Positions 53,849-61,865 of a DNA stretch of 64,000 bases are shown piece by piece. The position numbers and the translations under genes are program-made. The notes beneath the pieces were generated by a model, which was not told the origin of the DNA, searched no databases, and saw nothing but the letters and a program-made list of their open reading frames with translations. Numbering within the stretch: the stretch's first letter is position 1; the number at the start of each line of letters is the position of its first letter. Source of the stretch: a virus; the IMG/VR virus record IMGVR_UViG_3300042453_004886, positions 32,001 through 96,000 of that record. The stretch is one strand, 5' to 3'.

Positions 53849-53980
53849 CTAGTCACCCTCATATATAAATTCTACTGTAACTTCAAAAGTTTCCTGTTGA
53901 ACGGCTACTTCAAGAGGGGCAAGAATTTCCACGCCGTGGATTCTTTTATTGAACCATTTGCCTCGAGTAAACAAGGCCAT
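53849..53980 (-). CDS. 43-aa protein absent from the track
   Basis: MALFTRGKWFNKRIHGVEILAPLEVAVQQETFEVTVEFIYEGD fills the gap between 53985 and 53846 with 4-nt and 2-nt spacers. Confidence 0.6.
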   Translation of the reverse strand: MALFTRGKWFNKRIHGVEILAPLEVAVQQETFEVTVEFIYEGD

Positions 53981-53984
53981 CAAA

Positions 53985-54464
53985 TCAACCGCCATACTGC
54001 GTCACATCTCCAAATTCATTTAAGGCTATGTCCACGTAGTACTCTTCTTGCAAGTTTTCTGGAGACCAGCTTGTGGCAGAATCTTTTTTTACTGCAAAGT
54101 TAATTCTTGTTGGACCTTCAGGGTCGTTAGGTATTTTCCTGATATTTTTATCTTTTAAGCCCTGAACTTCTCTGGTTGTAAAATCAATTTTATTTATTAC
54201 AGGGGTAAAATCGATGGGAAGTTCGGTGTCCACATAGCTGTGAGTTGTTCTCAAGTTAGCCGATCCGGTGTCCCAGAGAACAATAAAAATACTGTTATCA
54301 GGGAGGGTTAGCTCAGCACCATAGACACCGTTGCCGAGCTCTACAACGCCTTGAGTGGATCTTGCCTGGTACTGTGAACCAGTTTTGGTTTTAATCGTAT
54401 ATCCTACGGTTGTGAGTCCCGTCTGGGATTGGCCGAAGGATGCACTCAGGAACAAGATGGCCAT
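53985..54464 (-). CDS. hypothetical virion-associated protein
   Basis: AGGAG RBS; Ig-like start GVVELGNGVYGAEL. Confidence 0.55.
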   Translation of the reverse strand: MAILFLSASFGQSQTGLTTVGYTIKTKTGSQYQARSTQGVVELGNGVYGAELTLPDNSIFIVLWDTGSANLRTTHSYVDTELPIDFTPVINKIDFTTREVQGLKDKNIRKIPNDPEGPTRINFAVKKDSATSWSPENLQEEYYVDIALNEFGDVTQYGG

Positions 54465-54514
54465 TCATTTCTTCTCCTGATGAAACTTTTTTTATCATAT
54501 AATAAATTTCTAAA

Positions 54515-55045
54515 TTAATAAATGTTTTTTACAAAATCAGATTTACGAAAATCGTGTGGCATCATCTGATAATTCTTAATTTCGGGAAGAAGGACAACAC
54601 CTGCTTCTCTGAAAACCAAATTAATCAAATGACTGAATATCATCTTATTATCAAATTCTAACCCATGTCTGGGAATTTTGTTATTGAATTTTATAAGTGC
54701 AGCTACAGATTCAAAATAATTGTAACCAAGGTCGATATATATTCTTAGTAAGTCAAGCGCTTCTAACTTGACATCAAAGTGATCTACTTCAACTCTCCAG
54801 ACTTGATAAACGTCCGGATTAAACATTTCTCCGGGTGCTAGAAATAAAACTTCTTTTATAGACTCTAACTGTACTTCATAAGTAAAAATACAACCATCTG
54901 CTCTGACACGTGAAACTATTTTGATATCTGGTAAGCTGTGTCCTGTTAAAAAATTAAAAATCTTTTCTCTGTAGTTATGCTTTACTTTTATAAGAATATC
55001 ACCAGGTTCGAACCCATATTTATTTGTAACTGGTTTCAATCCCAT
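54515..55045 (-). CDS. permuted papain-like (YaeF/YiiX, C92-like) fold, catalytic residues apparently lost
   Basis: PGDILI, VWRV, LGYNY, FSHLI..FREAGV and MPHDF match the family pattern; expected His and Cys read as Asp and Phe. Confidence 0.6.
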   Translation of the reverse strand: MGLKPVTNKYGFEPGDILIKVKHNYREKIFNFLTGHSLPDIKIVSRVRADGCIFTYEVQLESIKEVLFLAPGEMFNPDVYQVWRVEVDHFDVKLEALDLLRIYIDLGYNYFESVAALIKFNNKIPRHGLEFDNKMIFSHLINLVFREAGVVLLPEIKNYQMMPHDFRKSDFVKNIY

Positions 55046-55060
55046 GACTTCATCCTACAT

Positions 55061-55092
55061 AAGAAAGGGTGGGCAGGTTGCCCTGCCCACCC
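55061..55092 (-). terminator. intrinsic terminator after the 535-aa fibre gene
   Basis: Minus strand GGGTGGGCAGG-GCAA-CCTGCCCACCC-TTTCTT. Confidence 0.9.
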
Positions 55093-55113
55093 CGGTTACG
55101 ACCTAGCTAGAGC

Positions 55114-56721
55114 TTAGCCCTGGAAAGGAGCGATCCAAACCATGATCTTCATACCTTCAACAAGATCATTCTTGTTGAGGCTGATGGTGGTGCTGGAAAC
55201 CTCGGTGTAGAAAGCGGGCTCGTCTTCGGCAATACCGTCAACGAACACGAGGATGGCATCGCTGCCCATGACATACTGAGGAATGGTAAGTACCTTATCA
55301 ACGTTGGCGGAAATGTCGCCAGCGGTGATTTCATAGCGGTACTTCTGCATCTTCATGGCATTGCGAGCAGCAGCTTCGTCTTCAATGGCCTGATCAAGAG
55401 CAGCAAGGGCATCTTCAGCGGTAGAACCGGAAGCGATACCGAGTTCAGCAGCGAGAGCGTCAGAGATACCGACGTTGTCGGCACCGGCTACGCTGGCGAT
55501 GAGGTTGATGAAGGAGTCAAGAGCAGCGTCAAGAGCATCGTGATCGTCACGAAGGGTCTTGACAACAGCATCGAGCTCTTCAGCAGCATCCTTGATGGAA
55601 GTGGTGGCATCGAGGTAGTTGCTGCCAGAGAAAGCAGCAAAGGTGCCGTCGGTGTTAAGGCCAACTGCGAGCTCGATAGCATCAACTTCATCCTGGAGAG
55701 CGCCGCTGCCGGCCTCGATGAGGTCAGCGAGGTCGTTAAGGGCCTGAGCAACGTCAGCAGGGTTCTTGGCGCCCCAGCCGAGTTCAGCAGCATCCTTCTC
55801 GAAGGAGATCATAGCAGCAGCGTTGCCATCGGCGTTGTCGATGGTTACGCCAGCCATGAGCATGATGGCGCCAGTGATGTCAGCGCCAGCTTCGAGGGTG
55901 AGCTTACCGGCAACATCGAGGGTTGAGTTGAGGTCAGCAGCACCGGCTACGGTGAGGAGAGCGCCGAAGTTAGCGTCGCCATCAACGTTGAGCTCAGCGT
56001 CGAAATCAACGTTACCGACAACACCGAGGGTTGAACCCATGGTGACAGCGCCGTCAGCGTTGAAGGTACCAGCAACGTCAACGTTGCCGCTGAATTCAGC
56101 AGCGCCAGCGTCAACATCCTTGACCTTGATGTCGAGGAGAGCAGAACCAAGTACATCGCCAGCAAGATAAGAAGCGATGAACTGAGCATTGGTTTCATCC
56201 CAGACGAAACCAGCGTGCTCGCGGTCAGAACCGCTGATAGCACCGCGGTGTACGGAGACACCGGCGAGGCCAGCGGGAACAGGATCGTTAGCGCCAGTGC
56301 CGTGGTTGACGTGGATGAGGCGGTCAGCAACTTCAACAACGGTTGACTCAACAGTGGTGGTAGAACCCTGAACAACAAGGTCGCCCACAACGGTGAGGGT
56401 GCCACCGACGGTAGCAGCGCCAACGGTTTCGAGGGTGTCAGCAGTTACCTTGCCAAGGAACTCGCGGTCGCCAGCGATTTCAGCCTTGAGATCAAGACCG
56501 TTGGCGCCAACCTCGAGAGCATCAGCTGATTCGAGCTTGATACCGAGTGAGTTGCTGAGGATCTCGATACCCTTGTCGGCAGCGAGGTTGAGACGGAAAG
56601 CGCGGGTAGTCTGATCAAGAACGATGGCGCCGTCAGCAGCGACGACGTCATTGTTGAAAAGAGCAGCCTTCACGCTTTGGGCGCGAAGTGACTTATAGGC
56701 AAAAGCCTGATTAAGAGCCAT
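55114..56721 (-). CDS. fibre-like virion protein with short beta repeats and coiled coil
   Basis: GGTLTVVGDLVVQGSTTTVES and STLxVxG repeats; own promoter, GGGAGG RBS and terminator; MCP-like codon style. Confidence 0.7.
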   Translation of the reverse strand: MALNQAFAYKSLRAQSVKAALFNNDVVAADGAIVLDQTTRAFRLNLAADKGIEILSNSLGIKLESADALEVGANGLDLKAEIAGDREFLGKVTADTLETVGAATVGGTLTVVGDLVVQGSTTTVESTVVEVADRLIHVNHGTGANDPVPAGLAGVSVHRGAISGSDREHAGFVWDETNAQFIASYLAGDVLGSALLDIKVKDVDAGAAEFSGNVDVAGTFNADGAVTMGSTLGVVGNVDFDAELNVDGDANFGALLTVAGAADLNSTLDVAGKLTLEAGADITGAIMLMAGVTIDNADGNAAAMISFEKDAAELGWGAKNPADVAQALNDLADLIEAGSGALQDEVDAIELAVGLNTDGTFAAFSGSNYLDATTSIKDAAEELDAVVKTLRDDHDALDAALDSFINLIASVAGADNVGISDALAAELGIASGSTAEDALAALDQAIEDEAAARNAMKMQKYRYEITAGDISANVDKVLTIPQYVMGSDAILVFVDGIAEDEPAFYTEVSSTTISLNKNDLVEGMKIMVWIAPFQG

Positions 56722-56758
56722 GAGGTTTAACCTCCCTCATATAGAACGTTACTAAACT

Positions 56759-56779
56759 GAGCATTCACCGTGAATGCTC
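56759..56779. promoter_or_regulatory. 21-bp palindrome in the leader of the 535-aa gene
   Basis: GAGCATTCAC-c-GTGAATGCTC, between the putative promoter and the RBS. Confidence 0.55.
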
Positions 56780-56803
56780 TCCTATGGATTTTAGCTGGAA
56801 GTA

Positions 56804-56831
56804 ATTCTATTATGAGGCAAATTTTGGTCTA
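56804..56831 (-). promoter_or_regulatory. putative promoter
   Basis: TAGACC-16 nt-TAGAAT, nearly the same boxes as 61763..61791. Confidence 0.45.
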
Positions 56832-56866
56832 GGTTTTGACAAAAAAATAACACAAGGAACATTATA

Positions 56867-57277
56867 CTATGGAATCAAAGTGTAGTTTGCGGGAAAAGGT
56901 ATGACATAAATTTCGAAAGTTTCTTCACCCTCTGTGGGATCCGTTAATCTTATCGTTGTAGAGTCAATTTCAAGATAAGCTTCCCCTGGAACTTGCTTTA
57001 CTGTATTTGCGTAAAAAACAATACTGTTTGTTCCTGGAGCGTAAGATACACCTTGAGCTGACAGATCAATATCTACCACACCAGCAGGCATACTCTCAAC
57101 GTAAAACCTCTGGGTTTGAACATTTCTCGTCTGCTGAAGTTGATCTTCAAGCGTCACAACACGAGCAGTTAGAGCATTGATAACTTGCTCTAACTGCTCG
57201 TGTGAAAGCTGTCCTACGCCGCCCAGTTGGCTATGGTGATCGGGAATCCAGGGGAAGTTTTGAATCTTTGGCGACAT
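56867..57277 (-). CDS. virion structural protein sharing a C-terminal module with 55114..56721
   Basis: HHSQLGGVGQLSHEQL motif; SYAPGTNSIVFY...YLEIDSTTIRL. Confidence 0.6.
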   Translation of the reverse strand: MSPKIQNFPWIPDHHSQLGGVGQLSHEQLEQVINALTARVVTLEDQLQQTRNVQTQRFYVESMPAGVVDIDLSAQGVSYAPGTNSIVFYANTVKQVPGEAYLEIDSTTIRLTDPTEGEETFEIYVIPFPANYTLIP

Positions 57278-57307
57278 TCAGCTTCTCCAGTGAAACAGGT
57301 ACGGTGG

Positions 57308-57571
57308 TTAGTCTGGCTCAGCCTGAGCCTTCTTTTCCAGGTGCTCTTCAATAATAGCACTTCTTTGCTTCAGAGCTTCCTCAAACGCGGGGTGAAGATC
57401 GATACCAATTTTACTGGATATCTGCTCAACCTGAAGCATCAAAGCTTTAAGTTGTTCATTTTGAAGCTCATCAAATTTTGATACAGTTTCTTTTTTTACT
57501 TCTGATATAAGTTTTTTAGATATAAACTTTAAAACACCTGATTTTGTTTTTTCAAAATACTCTTTAGGCAT
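57308..57571 (-). CDS. hypothetical coiled-coil protein
   Basis: 87 aa, overlaps the upstream stop region. Confidence 0.55.
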   Translation of the reverse strand: MPKEYFEKTKSGVLKFISKKLISEVKKETVSKFDELQNEQLKALMLQVEQISSKIGIDLHPAFEEALKQRSAIIEEHLEKKAQAEPD

Positions 57572-57992
57572 CTTTAACCTCTATAGTAAACTCTTCCATG
57601 TATATTTTTGCGTTTTCATGCGTAGAAGCTAAAAATACGTTATACCTTCCAGGAATTGAAAAACTAAGCTTTAGCTCTTTAGACAGCTCTACACTCTGCT
57701 TGTTTATGTTTATATTTACAGGCTTTACTTTGCTGTTATTCTTAATTGTAATAACCTCATCAATTTTTGCTGTAAGCTTATCTGGTTTTATGTCTAGAAC
57801 TTCTTTTTCAAGTAAAATTACTTCGTCATTTTCATTCTTTGCAAGATAGAATTTATAGTAGTTGTAAGTGTTTATAACTTTAGACCCTTCATCCAGGTAT
57901 AGATAATTTCCTGAGCGAAAGTTATCATCTGATCGATCTTCAACCTGTGTAATATATCCAGATTCCAAATCACCAAACACTACTGAAATCAT
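57564..57992 (-). CDS. hypothetical beta-rich protein
   Basis: AGGAG RBS; 142 aa; AT-rich. Confidence 0.55.
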   Translation of the reverse strand: MISVVFGDLESGYITQVEDRSDDNFRSGNYLYLDEGSKVINTYNYYKFYLAKNENDEVILLEKEVLDIKPDKLTAKIDEVITIKNNSKVKPVNININKQSVELSKELKLSFSIPGRYNVFLASTHENAKIYMEEFTIEVKDA

Positions 57993-58005
57993 AAATACTC
58001 CTAAT

Positions 58006-59130
58006 TTATGCCGGTATAAAAGTGTAAAGGTATGAAATTCTTAAGTTCATAGGAACATATGAAGCGCCTGATCCAGAGCTTTGTCCTATAGTAGCACTTT
58101 CAAAAGTTAGTGTAGTTTCACTGCTTGAAGCTAAAACTGCGTACCCGTCACTTTCGTTTCTCTCGGGGGTCCAGTATTGACCAGCTAGCTCCGCTTTTCC
58201 GCCAATAAACAATAAAGAAAGAATAACAAGCTTTTTTCCGCCAGGTGCCGCAGGAAAACTATACGTGTAGTCTGTATCAGTAGTAGGTGTAGCTACCACT
58301 ACACTAGCCCAGTATAAATTATCAAGTCTATCGTAATGATTTTTTAGATTTTGTTCTAGCTTACTATAATCTACAGCGCCGTCTAGAATATTAGTCGCAC
58401 TTATTGTTAGATTATCTAGGTAACCTAATAGTTTACTTGTAGGAATAGATCCATCTCTAATAATGCTACCTTCAATAGTTCCGTCTGGATTAATTAATCT
58501 GCCTACATAACCGTTTGTATTAGATGAGGTCCATATACCAATTCCACCTGCTTGAACTGCTCCTACATAAATAGCTCCACGTTGACTATGATTATTCGTG
58601 TGTGCATTATCTGCGCCCCATCCTCTAATTCCAAGAGCGCTTCCATAAAAAATAGCTTGGTTATCCGGATGTGAAGGCTCAATTTTTACAGTGCCTGAAT
58701 TCGAATTAGCTTCGCTAGCGGTGCCGGGCTGAGTGCCGTCTTTTAGAGGAATAGGCGTAAATGGCTCATAATGGGCAATGTTCCAAACTAGCTCATCGTC
58801 TTTAATTCTTGAAATAGATCCTTTTGTGGTTGTATCTAACTTCAACCAGTGATTTTCACTACTGACTACCTTAAAAAGAGCTTCTGCATTTAAATTTGGA
58901 TTTGGTTCATTTCCGTTTGCTACTGGAATGTACGCACTATTAAGATTTACACCCTCGCCTCGGGCGTGAAGACCGTCAACCATATCTGCATTGAAATAGC
59001 CAAGAGGAGCTGTTCCATTCGCATCCGGACCGTTATTTAATGAGGAGTTGTGTCCCTGGCCGATACCGTGGACTCGGTTTTTACCTGTAATTTTCTTCTG
59101 GATGTGGTTAATAAACTGCAGAAAGTCCAC
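58006..59130 (-). CDS. fibre-like virion protein
   Basis: GTG start with AAGGAG; FNADMVDGLHA and DGSIPTSKL/DGAVDYSKL fibre motifs. Confidence 0.6.
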   Translation of the reverse strand: MDFLQFINHIQKKITGKNRVHGIGQGHNSSLNNGPDANGTAPLGYFNADMVDGLHARGEGVNLNSAYIPVANGNEPNPNLNAEALFKVVSSENHWLKLDTTTKGSISRIKDDELVWNIAHYEPFTPIPLKDGTQPGTASEANSNSGTVKIEPSHPDNQAIFYGSALGIRGWGADNAHTNNHSQRGAIYVGAVQAGGIGIWTSSNTNGYVGRLINPDGTIEGSIIRDGSIPTSKLLGYLDNLTISATNILDGAVDYSKLEQNLKNHYDRLDNLYWASVVVATPTTDTDYTYSFPAAPGGKKLVILSLLFIGGKAELAGQYWTPERNESDGYAVLASSSETTLTFESATIGQSSGSGASYVPMNLRISYLYTFIPA

Positions 59131-59133
59131 GGT

Positions 59134-60840
59134 TTACTCCTTTACTGGCGGCTTAGGCGTAGCCTGATTTTGCTGAGGACCCGGCGCAGGGTTTGCAGCA
59201 CCCGGCTGAATGCCCTTGGCAATAGAAGCCATGTTTTCCCGATGACGATAGCGAGCTTCTGAGTTTTTCATATTAAAATCCTGGGAAGCTTTTTCACTAT
59301 CCATTTTTTGCTTATCTTTGAGCATCTTTGCTTTGGTAGCCAAATCTTGTTTCTTGACTTCCAGATCACGATCTTTTTGACTGACAGACTCTACGCTAGC
59401 TTTTGCTCTGACCATGGCAGCGTCTGCCTTGATCTTGTCGTTATCAACCTTCTTGACAGGAGCCATAAGGATCTTCTTTTGGTCTTCCTGACTGAGGATG
59501 GGCTTGAGCGTCTTGGAGGGCAAGCCAAACATCTCTCGAACTTCGTTGAGATCCTGCTCGTCTGCAGGGTTGAGGTAACCATTTTTGACCAGCTTATCAA
59601 ACACACTTGCCAGAACCGTACTGGTGGCTGGGTCAAAGGGCTCAATGATAAACTCGCCGGGATCTGTATTGTCAAAGTTCAAGCGAATCATCTGACCGAT
59701 GACCTGTTCACAGAACGGCTCCACGATTTCTTTTGCAAGTGCTTGAATCATGAGCTTGAAAACATTCCAGTGAGTCTGACCAGGATTGCTTAGTCCAGCT
59801 GAGCCTTCTTCTAGTAGAAGCTGCGGAATAAGTAATCCCCTGAATATTGCTCTGTTGTAATAATTAATTGCATCCAAGAATACTGTACCAAAATTGTTTC
59901 CAGTTGTCAGAGTATCAATCTTGATATCGTCTTGCATCGAAGGACGCTGGAAAACAAGAGCAGTTCCTCGATGCATCTCTGCCAGAGCTGCTTCAGCGGC
60001 CTCTCTGATGGTCATATTGCGTAGTTTTCCAGTTGTATGGTCATGGACACTATCTGGAGTTACACCGGCTGGAACGACCGCGTAGGTGATTGGAGTGCCG
60101 TACCTGTCGAGAGCAACGTTATACATCTCAAGAACGATATCCTTGAGGGTCCAGTTCTTGTAGATCTTCTGAATAGCAGAGGTGCCCGTGTACATGCCTG
60201 AACGCTTGTTATGTACGGTCAAACAAAGCTTGGACTTGGGCAGATGGTTGTAAGTAGCTCCATCTACCCCAATCTGCCAGATACCGCAGTGGGTGATTCC
60301 AGCAGGAGGCGTGTAATAAGGATTATCCAGAGGAGCTTTGTCAATCAATCTTCCGTGAACATTGGGGACAATCAAAATAGACGCAGGGTGGTAGTTAATG
60401 ATTTCATCAATTTGAATCTTGCCTTCTACAAGCTTCCAGAGAACCTCTGAAACGCTGTAACCAAAGATGAGGCTGGATTCCGTGAGTTCACCAATGGCGT
60501 ACTCAACAGTCCCTTCCATTTCATCAATGGCTTTTCTGACAAAAGTTTGAATCTGAGCATCGGGGTGCCGGTATTCCCTGACGGAGGCGATCAGGGAGAG
60601 TTTCATGAACTCGATACCGGCACCCACGGTCTCATCTGTCTTGGCTGCCCGCTCATACTCAATCAGACGACTGAAGTTGGCGGGAGCCATGTACTGAGTA
60701 AGCATTCCCGGGCCACGAGAAAGCGTACTCCCTATCTGGCGTGCGCTGCCGCGAGGAAGGCGATCACGCTCTAATTCAGCACTGGCTGTTTCAGCTGCAG
60801 CTTGTACTGGATTTGCAGTTTCTCGCCTTCTTCTGGCCAT
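59134..60840 (-). CDS. portal protein (DUF935/Mu gp29-like)
   Basis: FGYSVSEVLW, WTLKDIVLEMYNVALDRYGTPI, AINYYNRAIFRGLL and LNF...PGEF pattern. Confidence 0.88.
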   Translation of the reverse strand: MARRRRETANPVQAAAETASAELERDRLPRGSARQIGSTLSRGPGMLTQYMAPANFSRLIEYERAAKTDETVGAGIEFMKLSLIASVREYRHPDAQIQTFVRKAIDEMEGTVEYAIGELTESSLIFGYSVSEVLWKLVEGKIQIDEIINYHPASILIVPNVHGRLIDKAPLDNPYYTPPAGITHCGIWQIGVDGATYNHLPKSKLCLTVHNKRSGMYTGTSAIQKIYKNWTLKDIVLEMYNVALDRYGTPITYAVVPAGVTPDSVHDHTTGKLRNMTIREAAEAALAEMHRGTALVFQRPSMQDDIKIDTLTTGNNFGTVFLDAINYYNRAIFRGLLIPQLLLEEGSAGLSNPGQTHWNVFKLMIQALAKEIVEPFCEQVIGQMIRLNFDNTDPGEFIIEPFDPATSTVLASVFDKLVKNGYLNPADEQDLNEVREMFGLPSKTLKPILSQEDQKKILMAPVKKVDNDKIKADAAMVRAKASVESVSQKDRDLEVKKQDLATKAKMLKDKQKMDSEKASQDFNMKNSEARYRHRENMASIAKGIQPGAANPAPGPQQNQATPKPPVKE

Positions 60841-60866
60841 TTTTACCTCTTGGTTAGGCAGGGCAT

Positions 60867-61711
60867 CTATCTATTAAATCTACCATCAAAGTCGCCACGC
60901 ATGAATGCTAAAGACTCTGCTGCTTTTTGTTCTCTTTCTGACAGAGCAGAGAGGGACTCTGCCCAGGCTTCTGCTTCTGTATCTGACATGGCGTAGAACT
61001 CTGATGGCTGAATGTTTCCATACCTGGCTAGCTGAGCGCCAATGTCTAGGTTCAGGAAACGGCGATACTGCTGCCGAACAGCTTTTTTGAGAGCTGCTGG
61101 ACCTGCTGCATCTCAGGCTTACCAAGGAAGAACATCTCAAGGAATAGTGCTTGATAAAACTGACCATCCTTGAGGGTAAGCATGTCTGACCGCTTGCTCC
61201 AAGAGAAGTTTGAAAGATCCTGCTTGTCAACCTTTTCAAGGCACTGGTAAGCAAGAGCTTCTTCAAGCTTACCGCGCTTTGATAGCTCTTCGCCGTCAAA
61301 GCCTTCAAGAAGCGCACGACGATCCGAGTTACGGGGCTCGCGGAAAATAACCTTACGCCCACTGAGAAGCTCTACAGGCTTGATGCCGGACTCAAGAAGA
61401 GTCTTTGCAAGCTTCTCTGCCTGAGCGTACTCATCCTTGTTGATAGTGTTGGCTTGAATGAAAAGTTGCTCATAGAACTGACCATCCTTGTAGCTCAGGA
61501 GATCAGCCTTCTTCTGCCAAGTAAGCTGGGCAAGATCAGATTCGCCATCTTTTACCAAGCAGGTGTAAGCAAGTGCTTCTTCCATGCGGCCTGGCTTGCT
61601 CAGCTCTTCACCGCCAAAACCTTCCTGAAGAAGGCGACGGTCTGAGTTTCCTGCTTCTCTAAAAACAATCATCCTACCGCTAGGTAGTTCTACTGGAGCG
61701 CTGAGATTCAT
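60867..61711 (-). CDS. gpGT-like frameshift fusion, 281 aa (-1 shift at codons 209-210)
   Basis: The -1 frame runs 71 codons from the slippery site to TAG at 60867-60869 and encodes ...LARYGNIQPSEFYAMSDTEAEAWAESLSALSEREQK.... Confidence 0.8.
61052..61711 (-). CDS. tail assembly chaperone (gpG-like) made of two tandem ~105-aa repeats
   Basis: VELPSGRMIVFRE..NSDRR and VELLSGRKVIFRE..NSDRR; both repeats contain LAY.CL and KDGQFY; AGGAGGA RBS. Confidence 0.8.
   Translation of the reverse strand: MNLSAPVELPSGRMIVFREAGNSDRRLLQEGFGGEELSKPGRMEEALAYTCLVKDGESDLAQLTWQKKADLLSYKDGQFYEQLFIQANTINKDEYAQAEKLAKTLLESGIKPVELLSGRKVIFREPRNSDRRALLEGFDGEELSKRGKLEEALAYQCLEKVDKQDLSNFSWSKRSDMLTLKDGQFYQALFLEMFFLGKPEMQQVQQLSKKLFGSSIAVS
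61082..61088 (-). other. -1 ribosomal frameshift heptamer A AAA AAG
   Basis: TCA AAA AAG is in the X XXY YYZ phase, nine codons before the zero-frame stop. Confidence 0.85.
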
Positions 61712-61762
61712 GAGATTCCTCCTGTTTTTACTTGGTGTCTAGAAAAATATAGCACCTAATTT

Positions 61763-61791
61763 ATTCTAGTTAAGTATTTTAGAAAAGTCTA
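61763..61791 (-). promoter_or_regulatory. putative promoter at the head of the virion block
   Basis: TAGACT-17 nt-TAGAAT in the AT-rich divergent intergenic region, about 50 nt upstream of the chaperone start. Confidence 0.55.
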
Positions 61792-61865
61792 GTAGAAAAT
61801 AGAAGATTTAAAAAATAATTGTTGTAAAATGTTTTTATAGATAATTCTACAAAACCGAGGTAAAG

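Noticed and set aside
55149-56651. Many overlapping ORFs on both strands in the 535-aa gene
   Set aside because: Ser/Thr/Pro/Leu-rich shadows of a strongly codon-biased gene; no independent signals.
2971-56779. TGAATG/CATTCA half-sites shared by the phoH leader and the 535-aa gene leader
   Set aside because: Opposite orientation and different spacing; more likely two unrelated hairpins.
60886-61362. 158-aa minus-strand ORF overlapping the chaperone end, as a +1 frameshift partner or separate gene
   Set aside because: Ser/Arg/Cys-rich shadow translation with no RBS; the -1 frame has the canonical heptamer and a gpT-like product.
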